Part shown: positions 17,426 through 27,233 of the stretch, piece by piece
Position numbering within the stretch: the first letter of the stretch is position 1
How the letters are laid out: every line of letters begins with the position of its first letter
DNA from: an uncultured bacterium
GTDB taxonomy: Bacteria; Hydrogenedentota; Hydrogenedentia; Hydrogenedentales; JAEUWI01
Length of the DNA stretch: 42,536 nt
NCBI GenBank assembly: GCA_963977445.1
Contig: CAXBPH010000019.1
Span: 1-42,536 of the forward strand
Reading direction: 5' to 3'
Made by a program: the position numbers and the translations under genes
Notes under the pieces: generated by a model
Seen by the model: only the letters and a program-made list of their open reading frames with translations
Told to the model about the DNA's origin: nothing
The model's database searches: none

Positions 17426-18358
17426 ATGTCACAGATACCCATCCTCCAGTTCGTAAATTACCTCAAGGTGGAACGAAATTACTCACCCCACACCCTGCGG
17501 GCCTATCGCCGCGACCTGGACCATTTTTGTTCCTATATGGTACACGGCCCCGAATCGCTCGTGGTGGAAGATGACTCTCTTGAGGTACCCGCGTCCCTCG
17601 AAATCCTGCAGCGGGTGGACAAACACGATATCCGCGCCTATCTCGCCCATATCCAGACCCGGGGAAACTCCCCCCGCACCACGGCGCGAAAACTGGCGTC
17701 ACTGCGGGCGGTCTATCGTTATTTCGTTCAATCAAATTTCATGGTCGAGAATCCCGCCAAGGCCGTAAAATCCCCCTCCCTGTCCCGGGAATTACCCGAC
17801 GTCCTGTCTATCCCCGAAGTAACGGCACTCCTCGAAGCGCCCGATGGTGAAAAATCCCTCGGTGTGCGAGACAAGGCTCTGTTGGAGACCCTGTACAGCA
17901 GTGGGGCGCGGGCCAGTGAAGTGCGGAGTGTTGTTCTCCATGACCTCGACCTGACGGAAAGCACCATGCGGGTCCTCGGAAAACGGAAAAAAGAGCGCAT
18001 TGTCCATTTGGGAAGCTACGCGCGCGAGGCCCTGATAAACTACTTGCGGATTCGCGCCACCCTGGGAAAACCCAAGCACGAGGTGCTCTTTGTGAATTTT
18101 CGCGGCGGCCCCTTGACCACACGGAGCATTCAACGCGTCGTCGAGCACTACGTTCGCGAGGTGCTGCCCGGTCGCCGGGAAGTGTCGCCCCATACCCTTC
18201 GTCACACCTTCGCCACCCACATGCTCGATGGGGGTGCCGATTTGCGGACGGTGCAGGAGCTCCTGGGCCATGAAAACCTTTCGTCCACACAAATTTATAC
18301 CCACGTGAGCATCGAGCGCCTCCGCCACGTCTACGAGACGGCCCATCCCCACGCCTAG
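17426..18358 (+). CDS. xerC: Tyrosine recombinase XerC
   Basis: ERNYSPHTLRAYRRDL, RD.ALLETLYSSGAR, GKRKKER, SPHTLRHTFATH, VQELLGH, TQIYTH, AHP. Confidence 0.9.
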   Translation: MSQIPILQFVNYLKVERNYSPHTLRAYRRDLDHFCSYMVHGPESLVVEDDSLEVPASLEILQRVDKHDIRAYLAHIQTRGNSPRTTARKLASLRAVYRYFVQSNFMVENPAKAVKSPSLSRELPDVLSIPEVTALLEAPDGEKSLGVRDKALLETLYSSGARASEVRSVVLHDLDLTESTMRVLGKRKKERIVHLGSYAREALINYLRIRATLGKPKHEVLFVNFRGGPLTTRSIQRVVEHYVREVLPGRREVSPHTLRHTFATHMLDGGADLRTVQELLGHENLSSTQIYTHVSIERLRHVYETAHPHA

Positions 18359-18409
18359 GAGTCAGACTCCTGGGAGGTCGCAGGGAGCCAATATCGCCCC
18401 GAGTTCCCA

Positions 18410-19702
18410 TTATTTCACCCAATAGGCCGGTAGCCCGGGCTTGGTTTCCGCCACCATTTCAATCACCGCCCGGCATTTGGCGTTGGTGAGGTGTAGCAGG
18501 TCGGGTGTGGGCTCGGCACCGGTGAAAATGTTCCAGAGTCGTTGGTAAACATAGTCTTTCACGGGCGTGGGCAGGCCATCGAATTGGGGCGAGTAAATCA
18601 GGTAGCTCAGGGGATAGGTGAAGAGTCGACTTTCCAGATCCAATTGACGGAGTGAGCGGCCCTGGCTGTCGACGGGACCGTCGCCTTGAAAGTCGTCAGA
18701 AAAGGATGACGTGCCTGCTATGGGGTCCGTTAATTCCGCTTCGTTGGCGAAGATCATATAATCCACCAAAGCGTCGCCCAGATTGTGAATAATTCGGGTG
18801 GACGATTCGCTCAAAATCGTCGGGTCCCGTTCGAAAATTCGGTCGCTGATGGCCTGACGATGAAGGGCCATTCGGGTTTCAAAGTTGGCCCGCGTCATGA
18901 GATTGTGCATTTGGCTCTGATGCTCCAGAACCATCATGGCCACGATATCGCTATGGGGCGTGAGATATTTTGACGTGTCTACCCGGCCCGGCAGCGCGAT
19001 CTGGTTGGCTCCGGCTTCCGGGTCGATGACCGCGTCGTGGGCCGTTTCCCGGGCGATTTGATTGCCGCGGTGACGCTCTTTGCCGTGGGTGCCGGTGATA
19101 TACCACCCGCCCCAGCGCTCCGCCAGGGGGGTGTCCTGATCGGTCACCTGCGATCCGGCCTTAAAAATGGGTTGACCATCCGACCCGGCAAACACCGACC
19201 GGACGATATGGCCGGGGAGATCGCGGGTCATGGTTGTCGCATGACATTGGAGGCAATCATGGCGCTGCCGGACAAATTGGGGGGAAGATGTAGCGCCCTG
19301 ATTCAACGTATAGAATACGGTCCCCAAAACGGGGTCGGCGGCGGACACCTCAAGGACCTCGCCCTCCTGGACCGTACCTATATATACGTCATCGTTGAAA
19401 TAGATAGCTCGGGGCGTGCTCGGGGCGATATGGCGTATCTGGAGGGATGTTTTGGAGAAAACCAGCAGTTGGGAGGTCTCCGGAATATTCAACGCCGTGA
19501 GCAGCGACTTGAGGTAGCCAAAATCCGGATCGTGGACCAGTTTCGCCGTGCCCCCATCGAGGGACTGCTGCAACTGGGATATGGCGTTGTCCGGGGCCGT
19601 CTCGCTATAGCGAATCGGGGCCTCTTCGAAGGCGTCGAGGGCACCCGCCGCCATGGGCAGGAGCACGGAACAACCCAACAGGGCTTTCAATAGTATATTC
19701 AT
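18410..19702 (-). CDS. Secreted conserved hypothetical protein with one CxxCH heme-binding motif
   Basis: Signal peptide; LVFSKTSLQ, PRAIYFNDDVYIG, CLQCH, ERWGGWYITG. Confidence 0.75.
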   Translation of the reverse strand: MNILLKALLGCSVLLPMAAGALDAFEEAPIRYSETAPDNAISQLQQSLDGGTAKLVHDPDFGYLKSLLTALNIPETSQLLVFSKTSLQIRHIAPSTPRAIYFNDDVYIGTVQEGEVLEVSAADPVLGTVFYTLNQGATSSPQFVRQRHDCLQCHATTMTRDLPGHIVRSVFAGSDGQPIFKAGSQVTDQDTPLAERWGGWYITGTHGKERHRGNQIARETAHDAVIDPEAGANQIALPGRVDTSKYLTPHSDIVAMMVLEHQSQMHNLMTRANFETRMALHRQAISDRIFERDPTILSESSTRIIHNLGDALVDYMIFANEAELTDPIAGTSSFSDDFQGDGPVDSQGRSLRQLDLESRLFTYPLSYLIYSPQFDGLPTPVKDYVYQRLWNIFTGAEPTPDLLHLTNAKCRAVIEMVAETKPGLPAYWVK

Positions 19703-19914
19703 AATATATATTTTAACATCTTCGGTCCTGGAATTTCATTGTGTCTGACTGGGCTTGGCCTCTGGTGATTTTTGGAGGCAGGAGTATTCCAATAAAATAT
19801 ACCCTTGTGATGTGCATCGCCCCACCACAGCGCGCTATACTCCCGTTCAATGTCGAAGCCGGGTCGCAATTTTTGCGAATGTGTACGGCGCTTATCACCA
19901 TAAAGGAGAATGTC

Positions 19915-20484
19915 ATGCCTCGTCCCCCCTTATTGCGCGTTATTGATTGGGAAGAAGTGTTTGAATCGGGGTGTGACTTTGCTTCCTGGATGGAAGAAGC
20001 CGAATCGCCCGCCAACCGGGACCAGATGGCCGCTTCCCTTGCCGCGATTACCGTCGAGCCGGCCATCGCTGCGGGTCTTGCCGGATTGAAACACGACGTG
20101 CACGTTGTGGCTATCGCCGAGGACTGGTGTGGCGATGTAATTCGTCACATACCTGCCCTGCAGGCCATGGCGGAAGCCTCCACCCGGCTGCTGGTACGCT
20201 TTATTACCCGGGAGCAGTACCTGGATGTATTTACCCGCTATCTGACCAACGGTGGCGAAGCCATTCCGAAATTAATATTCCTCAGCGATAAATTCGTGGA
20301 GTGCGGCAATTGGGGCCCCATGCCCGAGGCGTGTCGCGCTATAATTGCCCGCGGTAAGGCCTGTGGCGACGTGGGCGCGGCCCGCAAACTGGTTTCGGCG
20401 GCCTACAACGCTGATCCGGGATTGAAGGTAGTTGTGAGCGAGCTCTTTGCCCTGGTCGAAACGGCCAGCGCAGACGCACCATAA
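19915..20484 (+). CDS. Thioredoxin-like protein (Thioredoxin_9 type), WCGDV motif
   Basis: VVAIAEDWCGD, YLTNGGEAIPKLIF, WGP.P; AAGGAG RBS. Confidence 0.85.
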   Translation: MPRPPLLRVIDWEEVFESGCDFASWMEEAESPANRDQMAASLAAITVEPAIAAGLAGLKHDVHVVAIAEDWCGDVIRHIPALQAMAEASTRLLVRFITREQYLDVFTRYLTNGGEAIPKLIFLSDKFVECGNWGPMPEACRAIIARGKACGDVGAARKLVSAAYNADPGLKVVVSELFALVETASADAP

Positions 20485-20507
20485 TCGCAACAGCATAGAT
20501 ATACATT

Positions 20508-20548
20508 GGGGTGATGGAGCCAGCCTGGTCCCATCACCCTTTCTTTTT
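20508..20548 (+). terminator. Rho-independent terminator
   Basis: GGGTGATGG...CCATCACCC followed by TTTCTTTTT. Confidence 0.75.
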
Positions 20549-20591
20549 GGTTTATGGGCAATTAATGGGTGCCAACAAAGACTCACTCCGC

Positions 20592-20649
20592 CAAAACAAA
20601 CTGAACCCATCAATCGTGCCGCGCGATCCGGTATTTCCGGTCGAAGATG
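20592..20649 (+). repeat. Dispersed intergenic repeat family 2, copy 2
   Basis: Closely similar to 1541-1596. Confidence 0.75.
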
Positions 20650-20762
20650 CGCCGTAGGAGGATTCGTGCGCGGATTGGGAGGTTGTGGCATGCTCCCTGA
20701 AAAGAAACGCCGCGTGTTCTGGATTTTCCAGAGCACGCGGCGCGTTAATCGGAGCGAATAAG

Positions 20763-22568
20763 TTACAGCAACGTTTCGAGCTCGTCCACCAGCGTGGAGA
20801 AGCGTTTCATGGCCGCTTCGACTGGGGCCGGGCCCGTCAGGTCCACGCCCGCGTCCTTCAAGAGGTCCAGCGGGAATTTGGAACCGCCACTCTTGAGGAA
20901 GCTGAGATAACGCTCCCGTTCCGTCTCACCACCATTTAACACCATCTCGGAAAGAGCAATGGCGGCCGACAGGCCCGTGGCGTATTTGTAGACATAGAAG
21001 GCGTTGTAGAAGTGCGGGATACGAAGCCCTTCAAGGCCCAGTACTTCGTCGATGACGAAATTGGGTCCGAAGTAATGGGCGAGCAATTCATAGTACTGGG
21101 CGCGCAATACGTCCAGCGTCAAGGGTTGGCCCTCTTCCGCCGTGGCGTGGATCATCTTTTCATATTCGGCAAACATGGTCTGACGAATGATGGTGCCGCG
21201 GATTTCGTCGAGCTCTTTGTTGATGAGCCGCGCTTTTTCCTGTTTTGTCTCGGCCTTTTTGAAGAGGTGATGACCGAGCAATTGCTCATTAAAGGTTGAA
21301 GCAACCTCCGCGACAAAGATCGTGTAGTGGCTGTATTGATAGGGCTGATGCTCGGCGCTGTAGTGGGTGTGCATGCTGTGGCCGGCTTCGTGGGCCAGGG
21401 TAAACATGCTGTCGAGCACATCGTCCCGATAGTTCATCATGATATACGGGGGCGTGCCAAAGGCGCCGTAGGAAAATGCACCGCTGCGCTTTCCCTGATT
21501 TTCATAGCGGTCCACCCAGCGGCCATCGAGCAATCCCGTGCGAAGGAATTCCACATACTCACCGCCGAGGGGTGCCAGGGAGTCGCAGATTGTGCCAACG
21601 GCGTCATTGTAGGGGATGTGAACCTTGGGGGATTTGACGATGGGCACGTAGGTGTCGAAGGCCCGGAGTTCGTCAACGCCCAGGGTGCGTTTCCGCAGGT
21701 CCATATAGCGATAGAGGGGATCGAGATTGCTACGGACCACGTCGATAAGGTTGTCATAGACTGACACGGGCACGTTGTCGGAGAAGAGGGCCCCTTCGAG
21801 TGCCGATGGGTAATTGCGCACCTTCGCCTGATACACGTCCTGCAAAACGCCCGCACTCAGGGTAGCGGCGAGGGTATTGCCGTGGTCATCATATTCCTTA
21901 TAAAACTTCGTAAAGGCCTCTTCGCGGACGCTGCGCTCCGGGGATTCGAGGAGACTGCGGAAGGAACCCTGGGTGAGTTCTACCTCATCACCATTCTCAT
22001 CTTCCACAAAGCCAAAGGTCATATCGGCATCATTGAGCTGTCCGAAAATGGTGGACGCCGAGCCGGCCACTTCCCCCTGCATGGCGAGGAGACGCTCTTC
22101 CTTTTCCGAGAGGATATGGGGGCGGTAGCGGACGAGTTTTTCCAACTGGAAGCGATAGGGTGCCAGTATGGGGTCATCCATATAGCTGCGGAGCGTTTCT
22201 TCCGGAATGGCCTGCATTTCGGGTGCGATGAAACTCGCATTGCCGTTGGCCAGGGTCGCCAGGTAGGTGTAGCGGGCGATCATGCCCTGATAGGTGCCGT
22301 CGGAAACGTCCTCGGTGCTTTTCAGATAGGCGTACACGCCCAGCCGCTCGGCGAGTTTCTCGAAAGAGGCCTCGAACTCATAGCAGCGCAGGATTTGTGC
22401 GGCGGAGTCGCCCAGGGTGCCACGAAAGGACTCAAAAGTTGGAATCATTCCCTCCAGCTCTTTGTAGCCCCCTTCCCAGCCCTCGTCCGACGTGAAAATG
22501 AGGGTCAGGTCCCAGGTATCTTCAATTTTTACTGTGTCCCGTGTGGGGGTCTTCTTTTGCTCACCCAT
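20763..22568 (-). CDS. pepF: Oligoendopeptidase F (peptidase M3B)
   Basis: TWDLT, GKRSGAFS, TLAHEAGHSMH, FVAEVASTFNE, RQTMFAEYE, IPHFY.AFYVYKYATG. Confidence 0.97.
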   Translation of the reverse strand: MGEQKKTPTRDTVKIEDTWDLTLIFTSDEGWEGGYKELEGMIPTFESFRGTLGDSAAQILRCYEFEASFEKLAERLGVYAYLKSTEDVSDGTYQGMIARYTYLATLANGNASFIAPEMQAIPEETLRSYMDDPILAPYRFQLEKLVRYRPHILSEKEERLLAMQGEVAGSASTIFGQLNDADMTFGFVEDENGDEVELTQGSFRSLLESPERSVREEAFTKFYKEYDDHGNTLAATLSAGVLQDVYQAKVRNYPSALEGALFSDNVPVSVYDNLIDVVRSNLDPLYRYMDLRKRTLGVDELRAFDTYVPIVKSPKVHIPYNDAVGTICDSLAPLGGEYVEFLRTGLLDGRWVDRYENQGKRSGAFSYGAFGTPPYIMMNYRDDVLDSMFTLAHEAGHSMHTHYSAEHQPYQYSHYTIFVAEVASTFNEQLLGHHLFKKAETKQEKARLINKELDEIRGTIIRQTMFAEYEKMIHATAEEGQPLTLDVLRAQYYELLAHYFGPNFVIDEVLGLEGLRIPHFYNAFYVYKYATGLSAAIALSEMVLNGGETERERYLSFLKSGGSKFPLDLLKDAGVDLTGPAPVEAAMKRFSTLVDELETLL

Positions 22569-22660
22569 GAATTTTCCTTCAGTGTTTGCGGTTGATGAAC
22601 CGCTAGTATAAAAGGTGATGGCGATGCTTTTAAACCCCGACGGGGCCCGCGCGGTTCGGG

Positions 22661-23992
22661 TCAGTGCCAGGTCCAGGTGGCAATGCTGCCATCGCCCAGC
22701 GAACGCGGCGCTTCTTCCCCCGAAACGGCGACCAACCAGATGGTAGAAGTATGCCTGTCGGCTTCCAGCGCTCCCAGCACGATTTGGGTGCCATCGGGAC
22801 TCCAGATGTTATGGGCCGACTGAATCTGAGAAACGCGATTCGCGGCACCCATAAAATTGTGGGTGGGAACAAATTGAATCAACGGAGTCATATCGCCGGT
22901 TTCTGTATCCAGGATCCACCAACAGGCCTGACTGGCTTCAACGGTGTCGGGTGGCACGAGTGAATGGATTGCGGTCCGGTTGGGATCGGGGTCGACATGT
23001 CGTGTCAGTGCGGCCAGATAACGGTGATTCGGGGACCAGAAGAACGCGTAGGCTTCGATAGGAAAGTGAACCGTAGGGCGTTCCTCGTCCAGCGATACGA
23101 TGGCGATGGGGCCGGGAACCCGGGAGCGGGGCTTCCGTTGCATTTCCAGGATCGCCAGCCGTGCCCTGTCCCGGGAGGTGGTCATAGTCAATCGAAAGTC
23201 CGCCGTATACAGATAGCGTCCCGACTGACCCGGATCACGTCCGAGGATCAGGCTTGGCGGGCCCTCCGCGCCCCGGGCATAGACGAAAGAACCGGTTTCT
23301 TTTCCCCATGCAGGCGTCGTAAAGGCGTCAAAGCTTGGGGTCAGTTTCTTCTTGCGGTCCCAATTTTTCACCGTGGTGAGGTTCAGTTCTCCGCTCTGGT
23401 TCCACAAAATGCTACGGGAGTCGGGCGACCATTGCCAGTAAACCGAAGGGCCCCGTGATAATTCGAATGAAGGACTCTTGTCGACGAGACCGAGTACGGC
23501 ACAGAATCGTACGCGCTCTCCAAACGAAGCGGAATAGGCCAGAAAATGACCATCGGGCGACCAGTTCAGGAAATAGGGATTGAATCCCTGGGGTTTCAGC
23601 ACCTGATATTCGGTATGATTTGAAGGGGAAATTATGTTGATTCCGTGCCGGCCTTCCGAAGCGCCGTTGATGTAGGCAAGATAGGCGTCGTCGGGGGACC
23701 AGGACGGGAGTTCGCAATACTCACCATCGCGGGTCAGGCGTTCCCGATGGCCCGTTGTCGGGTCAACCAGCCAGAGCTGATGCCTGATGTCGAGGACGGC
23801 AAGTTGATTGGTGAGTGGTTCCGCCACCCCCGTGAGCGGTTCAAAGACTTGCGGGGCTGTAGGGGTGGGGGCTCGCTTAAAATATATACTGCCGTAAATA
23901 GCCGCCGCCACGACAATGGCACCCGCGTAAATGGCAAGTTCCACACGGCTTATGGACGTGTTTCCCGATTGATTCGACCCGATAGTTGTCAC
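22661..23992 (-). CDS. Membrane-anchored TolB-like (PD40 repeat) beta-propeller protein
   Basis: N-terminal TM helix; repeated WSPD/WSPN motifs; GTG at 23992 with GAGGAGG RBS. Confidence 0.8.
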   Translation of the reverse strand: MTTIGSNQSGNTSISRVELAIYAGAIVVAAAIYGSIYFKRAPTPTAPQVFEPLTGVAEPLTNQLAVLDIRHQLWLVDPTTGHRERLTRDGEYCELPSWSPDDAYLAYINGASEGRHGINIISPSNHTEYQVLKPQGFNPYFLNWSPDGHFLAYSASFGERVRFCAVLGLVDKSPSFELSRGPSVYWQWSPDSRSILWNQSGELNLTTVKNWDRKKKLTPSFDAFTTPAWGKETGSFVYARGAEGPPSLILGRDPGQSGRYLYTADFRLTMTTSRDRARLAILEMQRKPRSRVPGPIAIVSLDEERPTVHFPIEAYAFFWSPNHRYLAALTRHVDPDPNRTAIHSLVPPDTVEASQACWWILDTETGDMTPLIQFVPTHNFMGAANRVSQIQSAHNIWSPDGTQIVLGALEADRHTSTIWLVAVSGEEAPRSLGDGSIATWTWH

Positions 23993-24165
23993 ACCAGCCT
24001 CCTCAGCAACGTAATTACCAAGTTTCCTGCGTCTGTTCCCGCGAATAGAGTCGTTCCACGGCCAAAGCAATGTCCGCAATACCAGACTACTTTATCCGTC
24101 CGACCATCTTGCGCTACAATTTGCCTTCTCCTAGTTGTCTTCAAAATTCAGGATATGTAATCAGT

Positions 24166-25638
24166 ATGGAACAAACCAACTACCGGGCGCTAATGGCCCG
24201 CTTTGACAAGATTCGTGTATTGGCGGTGGGCGATATCTACCTCGACGAAAATGTGTCGGGACGGGTCACCGAGATTAGTCTGGAAGCACCGATCCCCGTG
24301 TATGAAGTTCACCAGCGCCGATACAACCCCGGTGCGGCGGGCAATGCGGCCTGCAACGCGGCGTCGTTGGGCGGGCAAGTCACCATGGTGGGCGTCATCG
24401 GCGATGACGTCAACGCGGTCATCGTAAAACGCGAATTCGAAGCGAGGAAGGTGAACGCCGACCACATCGTTGTAGACCCCAAACGGGCGACCAGCACCTA
24501 TGGAAAACTGCGCGCCGGTGGGCACAATATCCCCACCCAGGAAGTGCTTCGCACCGATACACCCAAGCCGACCCTGCTCACGGGCGACATCGAGGCTCAG
24601 GTGATCGCCAAAATTGAAGCCCTCGCGCCGGAAATGGACGCCATCCTCATTGGCGATCAGGTCGTTGCGACCATCACGGACAAGGTACTGGCTACCATCG
24701 TGGCCTGTGCAGAAAAATATAAGCTGGTTACTGTCGCGGATTCGCGCGAGCGGGCCGGTTTCTTTCAGGGCGTCGATATCGTGGTGCCCAACGATGCGGA
24801 AGCGGGTCGGGCGGCCGGGGTTGACCCGGAAACGCCGGATGGGCTGCTCGCGGCCGGGAAGCACCTGATTCAATCCGCGAAAAACGCCTTTGTCACCCGC
24901 GGACCCCATGGCATCGAAGTCTTTGCCGCCGATGGCACGGTTGAAAACGTCGCTATACGCCCTGTAAAGGCCGTGGACGTCACCGGCGCCGGCGATACGG
25001 TAGCCGCTATGGTTATTCTCGCTCGGGCCGCAGGGGCCAGCCTGCGCGATGCGGCCTTCCTCGGTAATATGGCCGCAGGCGTGGCGGTCGAGCAGGAGGG
25101 GGTCGTCACTGTCAGTCGTGCCGACGTGGAAGATGCCCTCTACGGTGATCACGGTCCGGCCAAGCTGAAAACCGTCGATCAATTGAAGCCCGCCATTGAA
25201 AAACTCAAAAAAGAGGGCAAGAAGGTCGTCTGGACCAATGGGTGCTTCGATATCCTCCACGTGGGACACATTACCTACCTCATCGCCGCACGGCAGGAGG
25301 GGGATGTCCTCGTCGTCGGATTGAACACCGACAAGTCGGTGCGCGAGAACAAGGGGCCCGACCGCCCCGTGGTGAATGAACGGGATCGGGCAACGGTTTT
25401 GTCCGCCCTGGAATGCGTGGATTACGTTGTCGCCTTTGACGACAAGACACCCATGCCCCTCCTGGCGGCGCTGGAGCCTGATGTCTACGCCAAAGGGGGC
25501 GACTACACTATCGACACGATTGTGCAGGAAGAGCGTCACCTCGTAGAAGGCTATGGCGGGAGTATCGCTATCATTCCGGGCGTCGAAGGCCACAGCACGA
25601 CCAACATCATCGATAAGATCACCGAAGAGAAACGCTGA
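24166..25638 (+). CDS. hldE: Bifunctional heptose-7-phosphate kinase / heptose-1-phosphate adenylyltransferase
   Basis: PfkB kinase motifs (ISLEAPIPV, GAAGNAA, DVTGAGDT) plus cytidylyltransferase-type motifs (TNGCFDILHVGH, KGPDRP, KGGDY, STTNII). Confidence 0.93.
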   Translation: MEQTNYRALMARFDKIRVLAVGDIYLDENVSGRVTEISLEAPIPVYEVHQRRYNPGAAGNAACNAASLGGQVTMVGVIGDDVNAVIVKREFEARKVNADHIVVDPKRATSTYGKLRAGGHNIPTQEVLRTDTPKPTLLTGDIEAQVIAKIEALAPEMDAILIGDQVVATITDKVLATIVACAEKYKLVTVADSRERAGFFQGVDIVVPNDAEAGRAAGVDPETPDGLLAAGKHLIQSAKNAFVTRGPHGIEVFAADGTVENVAIRPVKAVDVTGAGDTVAAMVILARAAGASLRDAAFLGNMAAGVAVEQEGVVTVSRADVEDALYGDHGPAKLKTVDQLKPAIEKLKKEGKKVVWTNGCFDILHVGHITYLIAARQEGDVLVVGLNTDKSVRENKGPDRPVVNERDRATVLSALECVDYVVAFDDKTPMPLLAALEPDVYAKGGDYTIDTIVQEERHLVEGYGGSIAIIPGVEGHSTTNIIDKITEEKR

Positions 25639-25737
25639 TTTTCTTTTGGACGGTTTTTTTGGGCGCAACGCGATCGAAGGCGTTGCGCCCGTCTTGTCTG
25701 GACCGGCCGGGGCCCCGCTGAGACCTGCCTGGAATGC

Positions 25738-25852
25738 AATTACTTGACACATCAACTAAATGGTGGTATACTTCAATCAGTTGGAGGCACGGGTGCCCAA
25801 TCGCCCGCCCTCCTTTTTTAACGACCAATTAGTTGACATGTCAAGTAATTGG
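25738..25852 (+). promoter_or_regulatory. Pirin promoter with two palindromic operators flanking a hairpin and U-tract
   Basis: TTGACA-N17-TATACT (25744-25772); operators at 25738-25761 and 25825-25852; hairpin GGAGG..CGGGTG/CGCCCG..CCTCC then TTTTTT (25783-25819). Confidence 0.7.
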
Positions 25853-25883
25853 CTCTGATGAGTAACCAAAAGGAGAATGTACC

Positions 25884-26582
25884 ATGCTGAAACTTCGCAA
25901 AGCCCAGGAACGGGGTCACGCCAATCATGGCTGGCTCGACACCCATCATAGCTTCTCCTTCGGTCGTTACTATGACCCGGAGCAACTTGGATTCCGCACG
26001 CTGCGTGTCATCAATGACGATTCCATTGATGGTGGTGCTGGATTCCCGTTTCACAGCCATCAGGATATGGAGATTATCTCCTACGTCACCGAAGGTGCCC
26101 TGGAGCATAAGGATAGTATGGGTAACGGCTCTGTTATACGGCCCGGCGACGTACAGATCATGTCGGCCGGTACCGGCGTGGAGCATTCTGAATTCAATCA
26201 CCTGAAAGATGCGAAAACCCATCTCATCCAGATATGGATTCACCCGGAGACTACGGGTCTGGAACCGAGCTATGCCGAGAAGCATTTCGATGACGTCCAG
26301 TTGGACGATCAGCTACGACTCATCGTGTCACCCGACGGTCGGAACGGATCGTTGGTCATCCGCCAGGATGCCGCCATCTATGCGGCCCGCCTGACGGCAG
26401 GTACGACGGTCGGTCATAGGCTCGCCGAAAATCGGCACGCCTGGCTCCAGATAGTATCAGGTGCTGCGACGGTCAACGGCGAAGCGGTGTCCGGTGGTGA
26501 TGGTGTGGCAATCAGCGACGAGACGGCCCTGGAAATCCGGGCGACGGAAGCCACAGAAATATTGCTCTTCGACCTGACATAA
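25884..26582 (+). CDS. Pirin family protein (YhhW-like)
   Basis: RGHANHGWL..HSFSF, LRVINDD, HSHQDMEI, MSAGTGVEHSE, QIWI; AAGGAG RBS. Confidence 0.95.
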   Translation: MLKLRKAQERGHANHGWLDTHHSFSFGRYYDPEQLGFRTLRVINDDSIDGGAGFPFHSHQDMEIISYVTEGALEHKDSMGNGSVIRPGDVQIMSAGTGVEHSEFNHLKDAKTHLIQIWIHPETTGLEPSYAEKHFDDVQLDDQLRLIVSPDGRNGSLVIRQDAAIYAARLTAGTTVGHRLAENRHAWLQIVSGAATVNGEAVSGGDGVAISDETALEIRATEATEILLFDLT

Positions 26583-26609
26583 GTTCGAAAGGGTAATCAG
26601 TAAAGAAAA

Positions 26610-26642
26610 CGCCCGCAGCAAAATAGTTCATTGCTGCGGGCG
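26610..26642. terminator. Bidirectional terminator between pirin and the cyclophilins
   Basis: CGCCCGCAGCAA...TTGCTGCGGGCG hairpin between convergent genes. Confidence 0.8.
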
Positions 26643-26665
26643 AAAATTTTCAGGGGCCGGGGTAC

Positions 26666-27187
26666 TCAGTCTTCGAGTACATAGGCCTTCTTGATGTAGT
26701 CGAGCATGGGGAACTCTTTTTCGAGATAGGCATTGCCCTTTTGCTGGACCATGCCCTGGTCGGGCTTTTCACCGTATTCATCACAGATGGCCTCAACCGT
26801 ATCCATATTCTCCACGACTTCGCCGATGGGGGAGAAGCCCTGTCCATCGAGAAAGCTGTTGTCCGCAAAATTGATGAACAACTGGGTGGTCCGGGTGTTG
26901 GGTCCGGCTGTCGCGAAGGTAACGGTGCCTTTACGATTGCTTTCCTTAACCGGATCATCGGGGAAACGCTCGTCGCGCCATTTGGCAGAAACGTCGGGGT
27001 CACCATGGATGCCGAACTGGACGATAAAGGGACGTGGTTTGGTCACAACGCGGAAGAAGCGGATATCCGTAAAGAACCCTTCCTCTACGAGACCGAGGAA
27101 GCGGGCAGCACCCTTGGGGGCCCAGTCTTCATTTATTTCCACGACGAAATCGCCGCAGGTGCATTCCATTTTGACTTTTACAGACAT
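26666..27187 (-). CDS. Cyclophilin-type peptidyl-prolyl cis-trans isomerase
   Basis: WAPKGAARF, FFRVV, FIVQFG, TFATAGPNTRTTQLFIN, FLDGQGFSPIG. Confidence 0.93.
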   Translation of the reverse strand: MSVKVKMECTCGDFVVEINEDWAPKGAARFLGLVEEGFFTDIRFFRVVTKPRPFIVQFGIHGDPDVSAKWRDERFPDDPVKESNRKGTVTFATAGPNTRTTQLFINFADNSFLDGQGFSPIGEVVENMDTVEAICDEYGEKPDQGMVQQKGNAYLEKEFPMLDYIKKAYVLED

Positions 27188-27233
27188 ACTGTACTCCTGT
27201 ACACGGTTTTAATTGATGTGAGCTGTTTCGTGC

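Noticed and set aside
17426..18358. Tyrosine recombinase as the integrase of a mobile element
   Set aside because: Motifs and the topA/smg context indicate chromosomal XerC. No att sites, cargo or phage genes are visible.
24190..25755. Long antisense ORFs (521 aa here; also 30500-31936, 37220-38251, 41456-42400, 7387-8259)
   Set aside because: They lie opposite well-supported genes and have no recognisable motifs. Such shadow ORFs are expected in GC-rich DNA.
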